DNA of 64,000 bases from contig JBHGNT010000005.1 of assembly GCA_043228905.1 (NCBI GenBank), forward strand, positions 23,746,001 through 23,810,000. The letters are read 5' to 3'. The position numbers and the translations under genes were made by a program. This document shows, piece by piece, positions 47,974 through 60,433 of the stretch (position 1 is the first letter of the stretch; every line of letters begins with the position of its first letter). The notes beneath the pieces are model-generated. The model ran no database searches, was not told where the DNA came from, and saw nothing but the letters and a program-made list of their open reading frames with translations. This DNA comes from Azolla caroliniana. Its lineage: Eukaryota > Plantae > Polypodiophyta.

Positions 47974-49527
47974 ATGCTCATAATTAACCAACTAATGACT
48001 TTCTAACCAAGAAGCTCAACTAACTATTATTTGGAAATCCATGAGTTTAATAGTTTCAAACAAACCTTAAGTTTCTTGAACATACGCTATACTCTTTGGT
48101 TGGTTCACCTTCAAATGATCATTCCTTTTGGTGTACACCAATGTATGTACATTCCAATTTCTTTCTACAACTCTAGAAAAGCAATCCTATGAAATCAATA
48201 TTATGCAATAAATATATATCCCTTTAGGAAATTAATGACAAAATGTTAATTAGTATACTTGAGACGATAGTCTAGATGCATGTTGTTTGTCCCCATATCT
48301 TTCCTCCTCTAGAGATTAACCTCTTAATGAACGTAGGTAATACCATTATATTTCTCTACAATACAGGAGAAAGCGAATGATGTGTTCTTCCAACATAATA
48401 TTGTCAAAAGATTAAAAGGACACTGATGTCTAGAATGTATCCAACAAATATAGTATTTACATGTTCATCTTTATCAACATAGTAGCACTTGATCCTCCCC
48501 TCACGGTGCTTTGAGTGAGTTGTTTCCTTCTTGAACCTTTTGTTTCTTCAATGTCAATGGGAAATCAATCAATTGTATTTAGATGAGGCACATGTGATAC
48601 ATGTTGGTGCTTGTGGTTGAATTCCAACCATGCATTCATCAAGCTCAAATTGTTGCTCCATGATTTCCACATCTATAATGTGTTTTTGCTTCTTGTTGGT
48701 TAATTCACTTTCGTCTATTAATGTAATAGCCTTTAGTGTGCCTCTAGAGTTACTTGCACAATTTTTTAATTCTAGCAAGGTGAGCAAATAAAAGTCTAAG
48801 TGCCCCATATCCATGAGCACCATAGAATGTGCAATCCCATTGACAAGAGCTAGATGGGTTTGTAGGTGGTTTTTTCAAATAACGGTAAGATTCCTTGCAT
48901 GATATGGTTGCTTGATCGAGGATATATGTTAAAGCATGTGTCATAAAACAAAGAAGATAAGAACATTTAGTTGCAAATTTACAATTTACTCAAGGAAAGC
49001 ATTGTCCTTTGGAAAAAGCATCCAATAACAATCTATTTAACGCATGACATTCTATAAAAAAGTATTCAATCGCACCATGCAAATGTACAAATGAGTGAAA
49101 AAGAAATTTGGTTTTTAAGCTTAGCACTTAGTGAAGTAAATATTTTCACTCGATCAAATGATTTCTTCTACTTACAGAAAGTATGGGGTAAAAGTTCTCC
49201 TTTTTTTGGAAAAATAAATTCTCCTAAGATGAAATCTCTCGAGAAAAAACATGGTCTACTTAAATAACACACGAGGTTCTATTATGTTCTATTCCATAAC
49301 CACTCTATGTTATTATAAGATAAGAAACATTTTCACCTTAAACAATTCATTTTTGAAAAATTATTCATAATAGATGAACTTTTTCAAGATATCTAACATG
49401 CAATAGTAGTATTATTTTTTTATGAATCCATACACTGAAGTTCATTGTTCTTATTTTCTTTCCAAAAAAGAAGTTCATTTTTTAATGACGAATGTCTAAA
49501 TAAGTTTTATTGAACTCTTATTATATA

Positions 49528-50542
49528 GGGAAATGTACCAGGATACCCCTGGAAGTTCATCTATTTACCAGAATGCCCTTGGACGTTCCAAATTTACCAA
49601 ACTACCCCTATGTCCAGAAAAACTACAGTTTATAAAGTAATTATACACTCAAATCTACAAGCCCTATTTACCAAAATACCCTTCAAACACAAATTTCTTT
49701 ACTTAAGCGATTCAATCACAAATTTTTGCAAATTAAATTTCACTTAATTATCGCTTAAATTTCTGCAAATATAATTATTACATTTCAATAATTAATTTTG
49801 GTTTGCGAGTATTTTTGAAGTTGATGAGATTGAGGAGATTTAGTTGTGATTGCATTTTGCTAACAAAATTTAGTGTAAAATCATGAAATTTGGTTTAAGA
49901 TGACATTTTAATAGCAAAGTGTTATGTGAGATTTCGTTTAAAATGACATTTTGGTAGCAAAGTTTTTCGTGAGATTTGGTTTAACATTTTGGCCGCAAAT
50001 TGTTTGTGAATCTGCAAATTCATGGAATTTGGCTTCAAAATGGCATCCCAATGGTAAAATTTGGTGTGCAATCAAATGTTTTGGTTTTAAGATTATATTT
50101 TGGTCACGTCAATCACAAATTTTGGTTTTATGGGATTAAGCCAGTATAACTCGGTGTAAATTCATAGAGTTGGATTTTAAGGTGACATTTCAATTGAAAT
50201 TTTTGACATATAATATAATTTTGATAATTTAATTTGATTTATGATATATTCTGAAAAATAAAAGTGGTATAAATTGGTCAAAATAGGTATATAGTGGGAT
50301 TATGGTAAATAAGTTTAGGTTTAAGGGTACTCTAATAAATAAGGCTTGTAAATTTGAGTGTATAATAGGGCTTGTAGATTTGTGTTTGAAGGGTGTTCTA
50401 GTAAATAGGGCTTGTAGATTTGAGTGTATAATTATTTATAAAGTGTATTTGTTTGGACATAAGGGTAGTTTGGTAAATTTGGAACTTCAAGGGGCATTCT
50501 GGTAAATAGACAAACTTCCAGGGGTATCCTGGTACTTTTCCC
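49528..50542. mobile_element. Mutator-like (MULE) non-autonomous element/MITE
   Basis: ~165-bp imperfect TIRs (GGGAAATGTACCAGGATACCCCTGGAAGTT... / ...AACTTCCAGGGGTATCCTGGTACTTTTCCC) and a perfect 9-bp TSD TATTATATA (49519-49527, 50543-50551). Confidence 0.92.
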
Positions 50543-51863
50543 TATTATATATGCATTAAATAAAAGCCAAAGTAAACTTGCTAACTTGGTACATAGAGTA
50601 TGTAAACAATGAAGATGTGAGAAGCACAATCTTTTTCTAATTTCAATGCCATCTCATTAAAAAGTCCATCACAAAGCATACATCCAACAACCCTAGAAAG
50701 AAAGTCCAAATGTTCAAAACAAAAAATGGCCCATGTGCTCAAGATGTTGAAAATATGGGGATATTGAACTCATGCATGACAAAAGTGTATCACTATAGAA
50801 AATTCATTGTTGTCATGTTTATATTAAACATCAACACAAATATCAAAGCATCAATCCTAAAGTAATTATTGTATATCATTTTTATAACATGTAATGTGTG
50901 AATTGTGTTACCATGATGATCGTATAGTTTTATATGTAAACGATCAATGCTTAGATGGATCCAGGAAATTATTAATCGTTTTCTTGCTACTTAAGACTTT
51001 CTCTCTTGCTCAATCTTGTATCGAATTCATTCATAGTTCATGTGTTTTTTCTCATTCCTCTAATGAGATTATTGTATTCTTTATATACTTAAAGATTGAT
51101 TAATACCATAATAGTCAAGGGAGTATGTTCTCTTAATATCTTAAGTTTATTTATGCGGTGAGGTAAACGTAAATAAATAAACTTAATATCTTAAGTTATA
51201 TTTATTTACGTTGTGTGCCATTCAAGGTCACAATTCACTTCCCGCTTTCCATTTCCTCCAACTTCACAAAATAATATACAAGATACTACAACATGATAAG
51301 GTTTGTGGTTTGGGAGCACCAAAGCACCAAAGCCATTAACACGGGACGAAGAACAATCAAGATATACAAAGAAATAGACAATACAATGAAATCCTATATA
51401 TCAGATTGTTCTAAAAAATTCTTATGTATTCTCTTCCTAATGTCTATTATGGATGGTATTTACGTGTTAGTTACATGACATATATGCATATCATTGAAGT
51501 GGCATCTATGTTAATATTTTTAGATCGTTGAAGACATGTCAAACTTGTGTATTCTCTTTGAAATGGTGATTGGTTTTTGGTTAATAGAGTGGCAAGTTAA
51601 GGTTTCTTATTGTAGATTCATAATGAAAATCATCAAGGAGGATATGCTATTTTCCAATGGAGCAGCAAAAAAACCATGATCAAATAAATGCTTCAAATCA
51701 TGTAGAAGAACTGAAAAAATATATTATTTTTGTCAATGCATAATAAAATTGACCATCAATACATTGAATCTTGAAGAAAACCTAGAGAATTCCCTAAGGT
51801 TAAGCTAGAGGAGAGAAGAAGGACAAAAAATAAAATGTGACCATTGATGGAGAGCATTTGTAA

Positions 51864-52448
51864 TTAGATCCAGAGGTAAGTTTCATAAAGGATAACGATT
51901 ATGGCCGTGGTGGCAGTAGGTGTCCGGGAGTATACACGACCGATGGTATACCCGAACGTGTTGCGGAAGTCTCCGGTACCCCCAGTAATGGCATATTCCC
52001 AAGGTTGGCCGCTCGCAATGTCGGCCTCGCCTTGTGTCGTGAATGTGCCTTGGAGGCCAATGTTGTTCTTAGACTTGGGGGTGCGCTTAAAGGTGGGGTC
52101 AGAGTAGTGTATCACTTGCCTAGTGACAAAGTAAGTGGCGGCTAAAGTGTTGGAGGCTACGGTCGAGGTCCCGCGGATGAAGCCAATGGATGGAGAAGTC
52201 GTATTGGGTGTCACCGTGATGGGGTACGCGTACACGACCCCGAGCCCGACCCCCGTCTGTGTCCCGTTCACGGCCGCCACACTCGCATTCACATTCACGA
52301 ACTCATTCACTCCAAACTGTTGATGTGCGTAGTAGCGTAGCACGATCTGGTGCCGTCTCTTCACCGAGGTGGCACCTGTAGGAACCACCACCAATATCAA
52401 CAAGAGTAGAGAAACCATAGCTAAAACTAGGGGAGCCTTGTTTGCCAT
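51864..52448 (-). CDS. Secreted dirigent-domain (DIR-like) protein, 194 aa, intronless host gene
   Basis: Hydrophobic signal peptide after MANKAP. Motifs LRYYAHQ, IGFIRG and EYAITGGTGDFRNTFGY. N-glycosylation sequons (NAS, NGT, NTT). TATA-like TATTTAAG ~80 bp upstream favours this ATG over 52598. Confidence 0.85.
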   Translation of the reverse strand: MANKAPLVLAMVSLLLLILVVVPTGATSVKRRHQIVLRYYAHQQFGVNEFVNVNASVAAVNGTQTGVGLGVVYAYPITVTPNTTSPSIGFIRGTSTVASNTLAATYFVTRQVIHYSDPTFKRTPKSKNNIGLQGTFTTQGEADIASGQPWEYAITGGTGDFRNTFGYTIGRVYSRTPTATTAIIVILYETYLWI

Positions 52449-54589
52449 TAGTGCTTGGCTTGAATATTTTTTAGTTAGGAAATGGAAATGCTTCTTGGGA
52501 TTCCTACTTCCTTGGTCTTCAATCTTCTTAAATAAGGGGTGTTTTGGGCGATTCTTTAGCTTGGTAGACGGATAGAACATGCAAGAACATGGTTGCATGG
52601 GGCCTTACTTTCAATTTAACAGCTTAGATCTAGATTACATTAAATACTGTGGAAGCTCTCTTTGCATCCTTAGGCTCAAAATATTTCCTTCATTCATGCC
52701 ATCCATTCATAAAAGATTTCCTTTTACTTTTACAAAAGAAAATCATGTAACATTAGAATATTGGAAACCATTGATGGCCACATATATATATATATATATA
52801 TTCACTTTTTCAAAAGTGTACCCAACCTTTCATTCTATAAATATTGTGAACAAATAAGTAATATCTACCAAATAAAATGTAATTTAGCTTCATCGTACAT
52901 CATTTCTGTTTTAATCGTCAACTTGTAATCATATATTAAACAAGTAAATATATGAATTCCCTTATTGCATCGTCCTTGTGGGATTGAGTGATTTTGCATA
53001 AGAATGGTTTTGTAGTTAGACTTTTATTTTTATTTTTTAAAGTATGTAGTTAGACTTCATTACTACACACTTATTTGGGGCCACAAAGTAAGACGAGAGG
53101 TAATACTTTGACTAATGTTAACACTAAGACTAGGGGGAAATGTTGGTGTGTTTGCTTATGGTGTAACTTAAAGATTCTTTTTACGGTTATGAGGCTTTGG
53201 TTGACTTTATATTTTCTTATTGACATCTTCACACAATTGTATATTCGTATATGTAATATTGTTATGTGACGAATATACATAAAACATCCTGACAATTGGA
53301 GCATTCCCAAATCCATCACCATTAATATAATTTTACATCAATTTGACAAATGCCGCTAGCTATACAAATTTTAAAAACTATCATGGGATATCACAAACAT
53401 ATATATGTTGGTGAAGGTTCTCTTAGGGAGTCTTTTTCTTCCATTCTTTGTGTTCTCCTTTGTGCTAATGGAAACAACTCGAATACCTTATACAAATGCT
53501 CCTTGGCTTATTTCACAATCAAGTCATGAGAACACCATTATTTGAACTTCTTTATGCTTCTTCGTTGATTTCATGCTCTATTAATTGCCCGTGCCTTGCG
53601 ATGGTTGGCTATGTAACTTTTGCTATTATATTTCAACATGTTATTGATTTTCTCTCCCACTATTCGATGATAAGTTTTCTCTACATCCAACAAACGCGGG
53701 ATAGGTTTGTCTTTTGAATATTTGGGAGTTCATCAAGTCCCCAAACTATTATAGGTGGACCCCTTAATTACATATAAGATTAAAGTGTATAATTTGATAT
53801 GCTATCCTCATCAATATTTATTTCACTACCATCACTAATAATGGATCCGAAGCTACAATAATAGTTAACACGTGAATTGTTGTCGTTTAAGTGAAAAAAC
53901 CAATAGCTTCGCTTCTTGGGACTCTTTTACTCCGAGGGATCGAGATCATCTTTAATTCCAAGCATCTTTTGCTTCCAAAGAGAAAATTTACTTTGTTTTC
54001 CTAAATGTTGTTCTTTCTTAAGGACTTACACTTGTAATGTGGTACTAATGAACCTTGATCAAAATAATTCCTTCAATCATTACATTCTTATATGTAGCCA
54101 TGACCTTGGGCCCTCCAAAATGAATGCCCTTGCTTGTCATAATTATCTAGAGTAGCACCATTGGTCCAACATCTATTCTTAGTTTGCCTCCAGTCCATTT
54201 CTACTTTAATATAATATTTACAAACATGTGAGCATCATTGACCTTTGTATATAAATATCTATTTTAGCTAGATTAGTCATTTGTTAAATCTCAATTGGTA
54301 CCTATCTAGATCATTTTGATTGTTGAAACGTAAACATTCAATGATTCATATAACTATACTCCAAAGGTGTTTAGGAACCTTGGTTTACACTATAGGGATG
54401 AGATTCAAGATAAGATGGCCATCAATGGTCCCCATTCATTTTTAATGGAAAATTATTTTGCAAAACTATTAATATTCCTTGGAATAAGGAAGATATGGTC
54501 AAACCTTCTTTTATTTAAGCTACTCAAACATTTTCCTTTAACATAATGCATAATTATTTTCTTAGAAAATGTGGTTGATTGTGTGTATG

Positions 54590-55714
54590 AACAACCATTA
54601 AAAAACTCATGTCAACATCATTGACCTTTGTATATAAATATCTATTTTCACTAGATTAGTCATTCGTTAAATTTCAATTGGTACCTAGCAAGATCATTTT
54701 GATTGTTCAAACGGAAACATCCAATGCTTTATATAAGTGTAGTCCAAAGGTGTTTAGCAACATAGGTTTATACTAGGGATCGGCAACGGTTTGGTTTAGG
54801 CTTAGTCGGTCTGGCCTTATCCAAGTCAAACCGGTTAAGCCTAAACCGTTTTGGGGTTCTCAAACCTGGACCAAACCAATGCCTAAACCGGTTTGTGAAC
54901 CGGCTTAGAAACTGGTTTGGAAAGCTCCCTCCCTCCCTCCCTCTCCCCCTCCCCCCCCCCATTCGTATGACCAACCATTAAAAAACTCATGTCAACATCA
55001 TTGACCTTTGTATATAAATATCTATTTTCACTAGATTAGTCATTCGTTAAATTTCAATTGGTACCTAGCAAGATCATTTTGATTGTTCAAACGGAAACAT
55101 CCAATGCTTTATATAAGTGTAGTCCAAAGGTGTTTAGCAACATAGGTTTATACTAGGGATCGGCAACGGTTTGGTTTAGGCTTAGTCGGTCTGGCCTTAT
55201 CCAAGTCAAACCGGTTAAGCCTAAACCGTTTTGGGGTTCTCAAACCTGGACCAAACCAATGCCTAAACCGGTTTGTGAACCGGTTTAGAAACTGGTTTGG
55301 AAAGCTCCCTCCCTCCCTCCCTCCTCTCCCCCCCCCCCCCCCCCCCCCATTCGTATGACCAACCATTAAAAAACTCATGTCAACATCATTGACCTTTGTA
55401 TATAAATATCTATTTTCACTAGATTAGTCATTCGTTAAATTTCAATTGGTACCTAGCAAGATCATTTTGATTGTTCAAACGGAAACATCCAATGCTTTAT
55501 ATAAGTGTAGTCCAAAGGTGTTTAGCAACATAGGTTTATACTAGGGATCGGCAACGGTTTGGTTTAGGCTTAGTCGGTCTAGCCTTATCCAAGTCAAACC
55601 GGTTAAGCCTAAACCGTTTTGGGGTTCTCAAACCTGGACCAAACCAATGCCTAAACCGGTTTGTGAACCGGCTTAAAAACTGGTTTGGAAAGCTCCCTCC
55701 CTCCCTCCCTCCCT

Positions 55715-55724
<10 letters not shown>
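54590..55724. repeat. Triplicated ~380-390-bp unit containing a hAT-like MITE end and ending in a C-rich tract
   Basis: AACCATTAAAAAACTCATGTC at ~54593, 54973 and 55361. Each unit has TAGGGATCGGCAACGG..AAACCGGTT. An older diverged partial copy lies at ~54233-54400. Confidence 0.9.
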
Positions 55725-55774
<50 letters not shown>

Positions 55775-56034
55775 GCTCTCTGTAAGTTCACTCCGACCAT
55801 CGTTTTCTACGTTCTATAGCTCGTTGGAAAGCTCTTTGAGAGAGCTTTCTAAAGAATGTTCATTTACTGAATTCCGTTACCGTGGCGAGAAGTTATGAGC
55901 ATTTTCATCCGCAGCCATCTTTGCCCCACGGTTCCTCAAACGGAAGGTAGATTTTGAAGCCCTAAATCGAGTGAAAGGTACATTCTCTCTCCTTCCCTCT
56001 TTGTCTCTCTTTTCCCGTACGGTTTGTCCCTGCA

Positions 56035-56904
56035 ATGGCAAATACTCGTAAAACCGCCGCAAAGTTTGGGGGTATGATTGATAATGAGCCGAGATCACCA
56101 ACAAATCTCGATTCTAATGCAATGGACAAAATGCTTATGAGTCACTTGATTTCTCTTCAAGAAACCATAAACAAGCAAGGTGAAGAGATTAGGATGTTAA
56201 TGAAAGAGAATACTAAGCTCCAAAGTGTTGTCATTGAGAATAAAAGTCTTAAACAAGTGGTTGCAAAACTTCAAGAAGAGATTCAAGAATGTAAAAGAGC
56301 TTCATTTGAAACAAATGAGCGCCTTAACAAGATTGAGTTAAAGGAAGCATTAAAAGAAGAAAAATTGGATACGATGAGGCGGGATGTAAGTGAGATGAAA
56401 AATGTATGTACAACGAAGTCATGGGCCGATGTATGTGGTGAGGATGTGTTATCAAACTCATCTAATATGCATGTGATGCATCAAGAGAAGAATATAGAAA
56501 GCATAGATGTCCGAGAATTGAAAGAACGCGAACGACGATCAAAGAACATTGTCGTCCGTGGGATTAAAGAAGAGAGTATGGAAACACCTGCATCCCTTGG
56601 AAAGGCCATTGGTGAATTTTTTAGCATGCATTATGGGATGTCAGATGTGAATGTATATGGGGCACACCGAGTTGGGAAACATGGTGTTACTCGCTCCGGA
56701 GAAAGGCCTATTGTATGCACAATGACAGATGATACAAAGCGGCGGATCATACTCGAAAATAGTTGGGTATACCTCAAAGGTACACAATGCTTTGTGAGTG
56801 AAGATCGTACTATCTCACAACAAAATGCTCGTCGTAAAGCATATGAAGAAAGATTGAAAAACAAGGTTAAGGATGTGCCTAAAGATGGAAATGTAGGCAA
56901 ATAG
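56035..56904 (+). CDS. LINE ORF1 (coiled coil + RRM-like + CTD)
   Basis: ERERRSKNIVVRGIKEE..AHRVGK..RPIVCTM..LKG..VSEDRT, typical of LINE ORF1p. Confidence 0.85.
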   Translation: MANTRKTAAKFGGMIDNEPRSPTNLDSNAMDKMLMSHLISLQETINKQGEEIRMLMKENTKLQSVVIENKSLKQVVAKLQEEIQECKRASFETNERLNKIELKEALKEEKLDTMRRDVSEMKNVCTTKSWADVCGEDVLSNSSNMHVMHQEKNIESIDVRELKERERRSKNIVVRGIKEESMETPASLGKAIGEFFSMHYGMSDVNVYGAHRVGKHGVTRSGERPIVCTMTDDTKRRIILENSWVYLKGTQCFVSEDRTISQQNARRKAYEERLKNKVKDVPKDGNVGK

Positions 56905-56910
56905 GGACAC

Positions 56911-59900
56911 GTGATCTATGAGACTAACCCACGCCTTTTACGACTATGCTTTTGGAATTGCAATGGATACCCATGGAATGCGGGATTTGGCATAGAGGAG
57001 TTCACCAATGACTCGGATATCACACTTCTTGTTGAAACATGGGAGCATGATACTCAAAGGATTCAAGGTTTAGGAAACTATAATGTACACTCTTTGATAT
57101 GGAAGAAAAATCCAAGACAAAGAAGAGGACAAGGAGGGGTGGCATGTTTGATTAAGAAGGAAATAGAGAAATATGTGTCAATCATAAAAAATGATGAAAA
57201 TAAATGCTACATATGGCTCAAAATAGAAACACCTAATGATTTGCCCACTTTTGTTGTTGGATGTTACATTCCTCATCAAGATTCTAACTTTTATGCTTGT
57301 TTGGATAAAGATCAACCGTTTGCCAATCTAGAAGATGATATTGCTTATTTCAAATCCAAAGGGGAAGTTATTGTCTTTGGTGACATGAATGCTCGTACAA
57401 GAAGTTTCCAACTTGATTCACAAGAATCTTTCATGCCACATATCTCAAGGATGCAAGAGGATATGCAAATGTATAACCGCTCTTCTAGCGATGAAAAAGA
57501 TCCGGACCAATTTGGGAAGTTACTCCTACAAATGTGCAATAGTACTGGATTGCTTATTGCAAATGGTATTTCCTTATGGCCCAACACTAATGGTTTTACA
57601 TGTAGAAAATACAACGGAAATAGTGTGATTGATTATGTGCTACTTTCCGAAGGTATTTTGGATCGTATACATAAATTCTCACTTGGTGAATGGACACCGG
57701 AATCAGATCATAGGCCTTTATGTATTGATCTCAAATGTATGCATAGGTTTGATTGTGAGAAGGCTATTGAAGATAATAAACAACCGCTCTTGAGCATGAA
57801 CCTTAAGCGAGCACCCATGTATTCCAAGATGGTTGAGGATATGTTACAAATGACAAAGATACAACATGGTGCCACACTAGAATGCAAATGGGAAGCTTTC
57901 AAGAAAGTCATTCTCTCATGTACAAACAAATGTTTTTCGACCAACCGCACATCTTGGAAATGCACCAAGAAACTTAGGAAAAAATGGTTTGATAAAGAAT
58001 GTCGTGAAGCTCGAAAGTGCCTTATGGTTTTGGATGTAGTTAAGGATAAAGAGAATTACCAAAAGCATTTGCATGAGTATAAAAGGCTTATTCAAAGAAA
58101 GAGAAGAATATGGGAAGTTACTCAACAATTTATCCAAACGCAAGAGAAAGCACATGCATGTGCTAAATTTTGGGGAAATCTAAAGGGAAAACGTGTTGAG
58201 AGTTATGGTGACTTAACTCTTCACGACTTGTCTCTGCATTGTAAGAATTTATATGAGTTATCTCTTGCCGGAAAGATGATGTGTTATGGTTCTCTTTCAC
58301 ATATGCCTTCCTTCTTTACAATTGAAGATATATGCATAGGACTTAAGAAATTGGCCTCTCGAAAGGCAAGCGATCTTCAATGTATAAAGGCTGAAATGCT
58401 CAAATGGACGGGAAAGGAAGCACATATATGGATAAGCGATATGTTTAATGATGCATTGCAACATGGTATGCCGTACGATTGGACTACAAATTGGATCAAA
58501 CCTTTACATAAAGGTGGAGATATAAATAATGTAAACAACTATCGAACCATCATGGTTGGCTCATTAATGGGAAAACTATTTGGATGTATAATGGAATCAA
58601 AGATAAGTGTATGGGCTGAAAAAAGTGGTAAGAGAGCTTATGGACAAGCTGGCTTTCGGAAACACCATAGCACCATTGATCACCTTATCACCCTTCGAGT
58701 ATTAATGGAGGAAAGTCGCCTTAGAGGTAAAGGTTTATATTGTTGCTTCGTAAACTTCAAGAAAGCTTTTGATATGGTACCTCGTGAGCATCTTTGGAGG
58801 CGAATGGAAGAACTTGAGGTGCCAAGTGAATATATGCTTGCAATTTCCCGAATTTATGAGAAGGTTATATGTTGTGTGCGCATGAGAGATAAACTTTCAG
58901 ATTTTTTCAAAAGCACTATTGGTGTTAAGCAAGGATGCCCACTCTCACCAACACTATTTGGTCTATGCATTGATGAATTGGAAGAAATGGTTACCAAGTT
59001 TGCAAAGGAAGAATGTGTTGAAGAAGTTGCCATTGGGAATGTTGTGATTATGCTTTTGCTATATGCAGATGACGTAGTGCTTTTTGCAAATACTTTAGGA
59101 GATGCACAAAAGCTTATGAAGGCATTGGAAAAATTTTGCATGCATACTAAATTAAGTGTCAATAGCTCTAAAACAAAGATTATGCTTGTGAAGAGCCAAA
59201 AAAGAGATAAACCATGCATTATGTACAACAATGAGCCACTTGAATGTGTGGAAAGCTTCAAATATCTTGGCCTTGAAGTTCCTTCAAATCATAGATGGAA
59301 TGAATGTGCTACACGCCGCTTAGAGGCGGGCAAACGAGCATACTATGCATTTGAGAACACATGCAATCTTGGAGATATTAAGTGTTGGGTCCTCAAGAAA
59401 TATCTTTTTGACACTTTGGTGACACCAGTTCTTCTCTATGGGGTGGAAGTATGGGGTGGTAGCATCCCTAAGTCTATGTGGAAAGAGTTTGAAAATGTCC
59501 AAAATCATTTTCTTACCAAGTTTCTACAAGTTAAGAAACAAATGGCCTACACCCTCCTCCTCCTTGAGACGGGATCGTTTCCCATTGAGATCATGGCCAT
59601 GGAAAGGGTTGTTGAATACATGCTTAAGGTTCAAAAAAGTCCCTCACATCGACTTCCTAGAATTGCGTGGGAAGCAAGCAAAAAGATCCAAAAGACGCAT
59701 AAAAGCAAAATTTTGTGTTCCGGTTGGATGCAAGATATAGAAAAATGGTTTGGTAGATGGGATGCGAGACACTTGCTTCATGATGCATCATTATATTCCT
59801 CTGTAAATGAGGCATTTTTGCAACGCCAATGTATCATGACATGGGACAAATGTGGAGGCTCACGCTTCACACATTATACTACACATGTCAACTGCACCTA

Positions 59901-60289
59901 ACTACAAAACCATATTCTTTGCAGAACAGGGAAATCGTACACATCCATACATGTTAGAGCCCATACCGTTATCTGCCATTCGAACCATTGCTTCCATGCG
60001 ACTTAGCTCACATGCATTGCGATGTGAAACAGGGCGTTGGGGTACAAGTGATGAGAGTGGTCGGCTATGCACACTTTGCCCTAAACAAGTTCGCGAGTCT
60101 GAGTATCACACTTTGATACAATGCTCTGCCTTTGATCATATTCGACCATGCTTTCCACATCTCATCGATTGAGCCCAATCTTTGCATGAATTCCTCTCAC
60201 AACCACAATGTGCACTCTCGATTGCAACATTCATTGGTAAAGTTCTTGAACATCGAGAGTCACTACTCACTTTCACACGTATCACGTGA
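56911..60289 (+). CDS. LINE ORF2 (AP endonuclease, RT, C-terminal CCHC-type finger); GTG start, frameshift near 59890, late stop at ~60170
   Basis: WNCNG, LVETW, GDMNAR, SVIDY, SDH (APE). QAGFR, GVKQGCPLSP, YADD (RT). The finger ETGRW..CTLC..EYH..C is in another frame (59852-60172). Confidence 0.88.
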
Positions 60290-60365
60290 AATGTAATATT
60301 TTTGGTCTCATAGGTCATATTTGATCTCCGAAGACGATAATATAATCTATCTATCTATCTATCTA

Positions 60366-60432
<67 letters not shown>

Positions 60433-60433
<1 letters not shown>

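Larger units (their letters stand above)
55771..60370 (+). mobile_element. Full-length LINE (RTE-X-like) flanked by (CT)n, with a (CTAT)n tail
   Basis: 5' UTR, ORF1, ORF2, short 3' UTR and (CTAT)n tail at 60347-60370. (CT)n at 55725-55770 and 60371-60430. Confidence 0.93.

Noticed and set aside
46200-49400. Possible decayed DNA-transposon or gene fragments in AT-rich DNA (also 53400-54200)
   Set aside because: No motif could be recognised with enough confidence by eye.
52449-52598. N-terminal extension of the dirigent ORF
   Set aside because: It spans a TATA-like box and precedes the signal peptide. The ATG at 52448 is more plausible.
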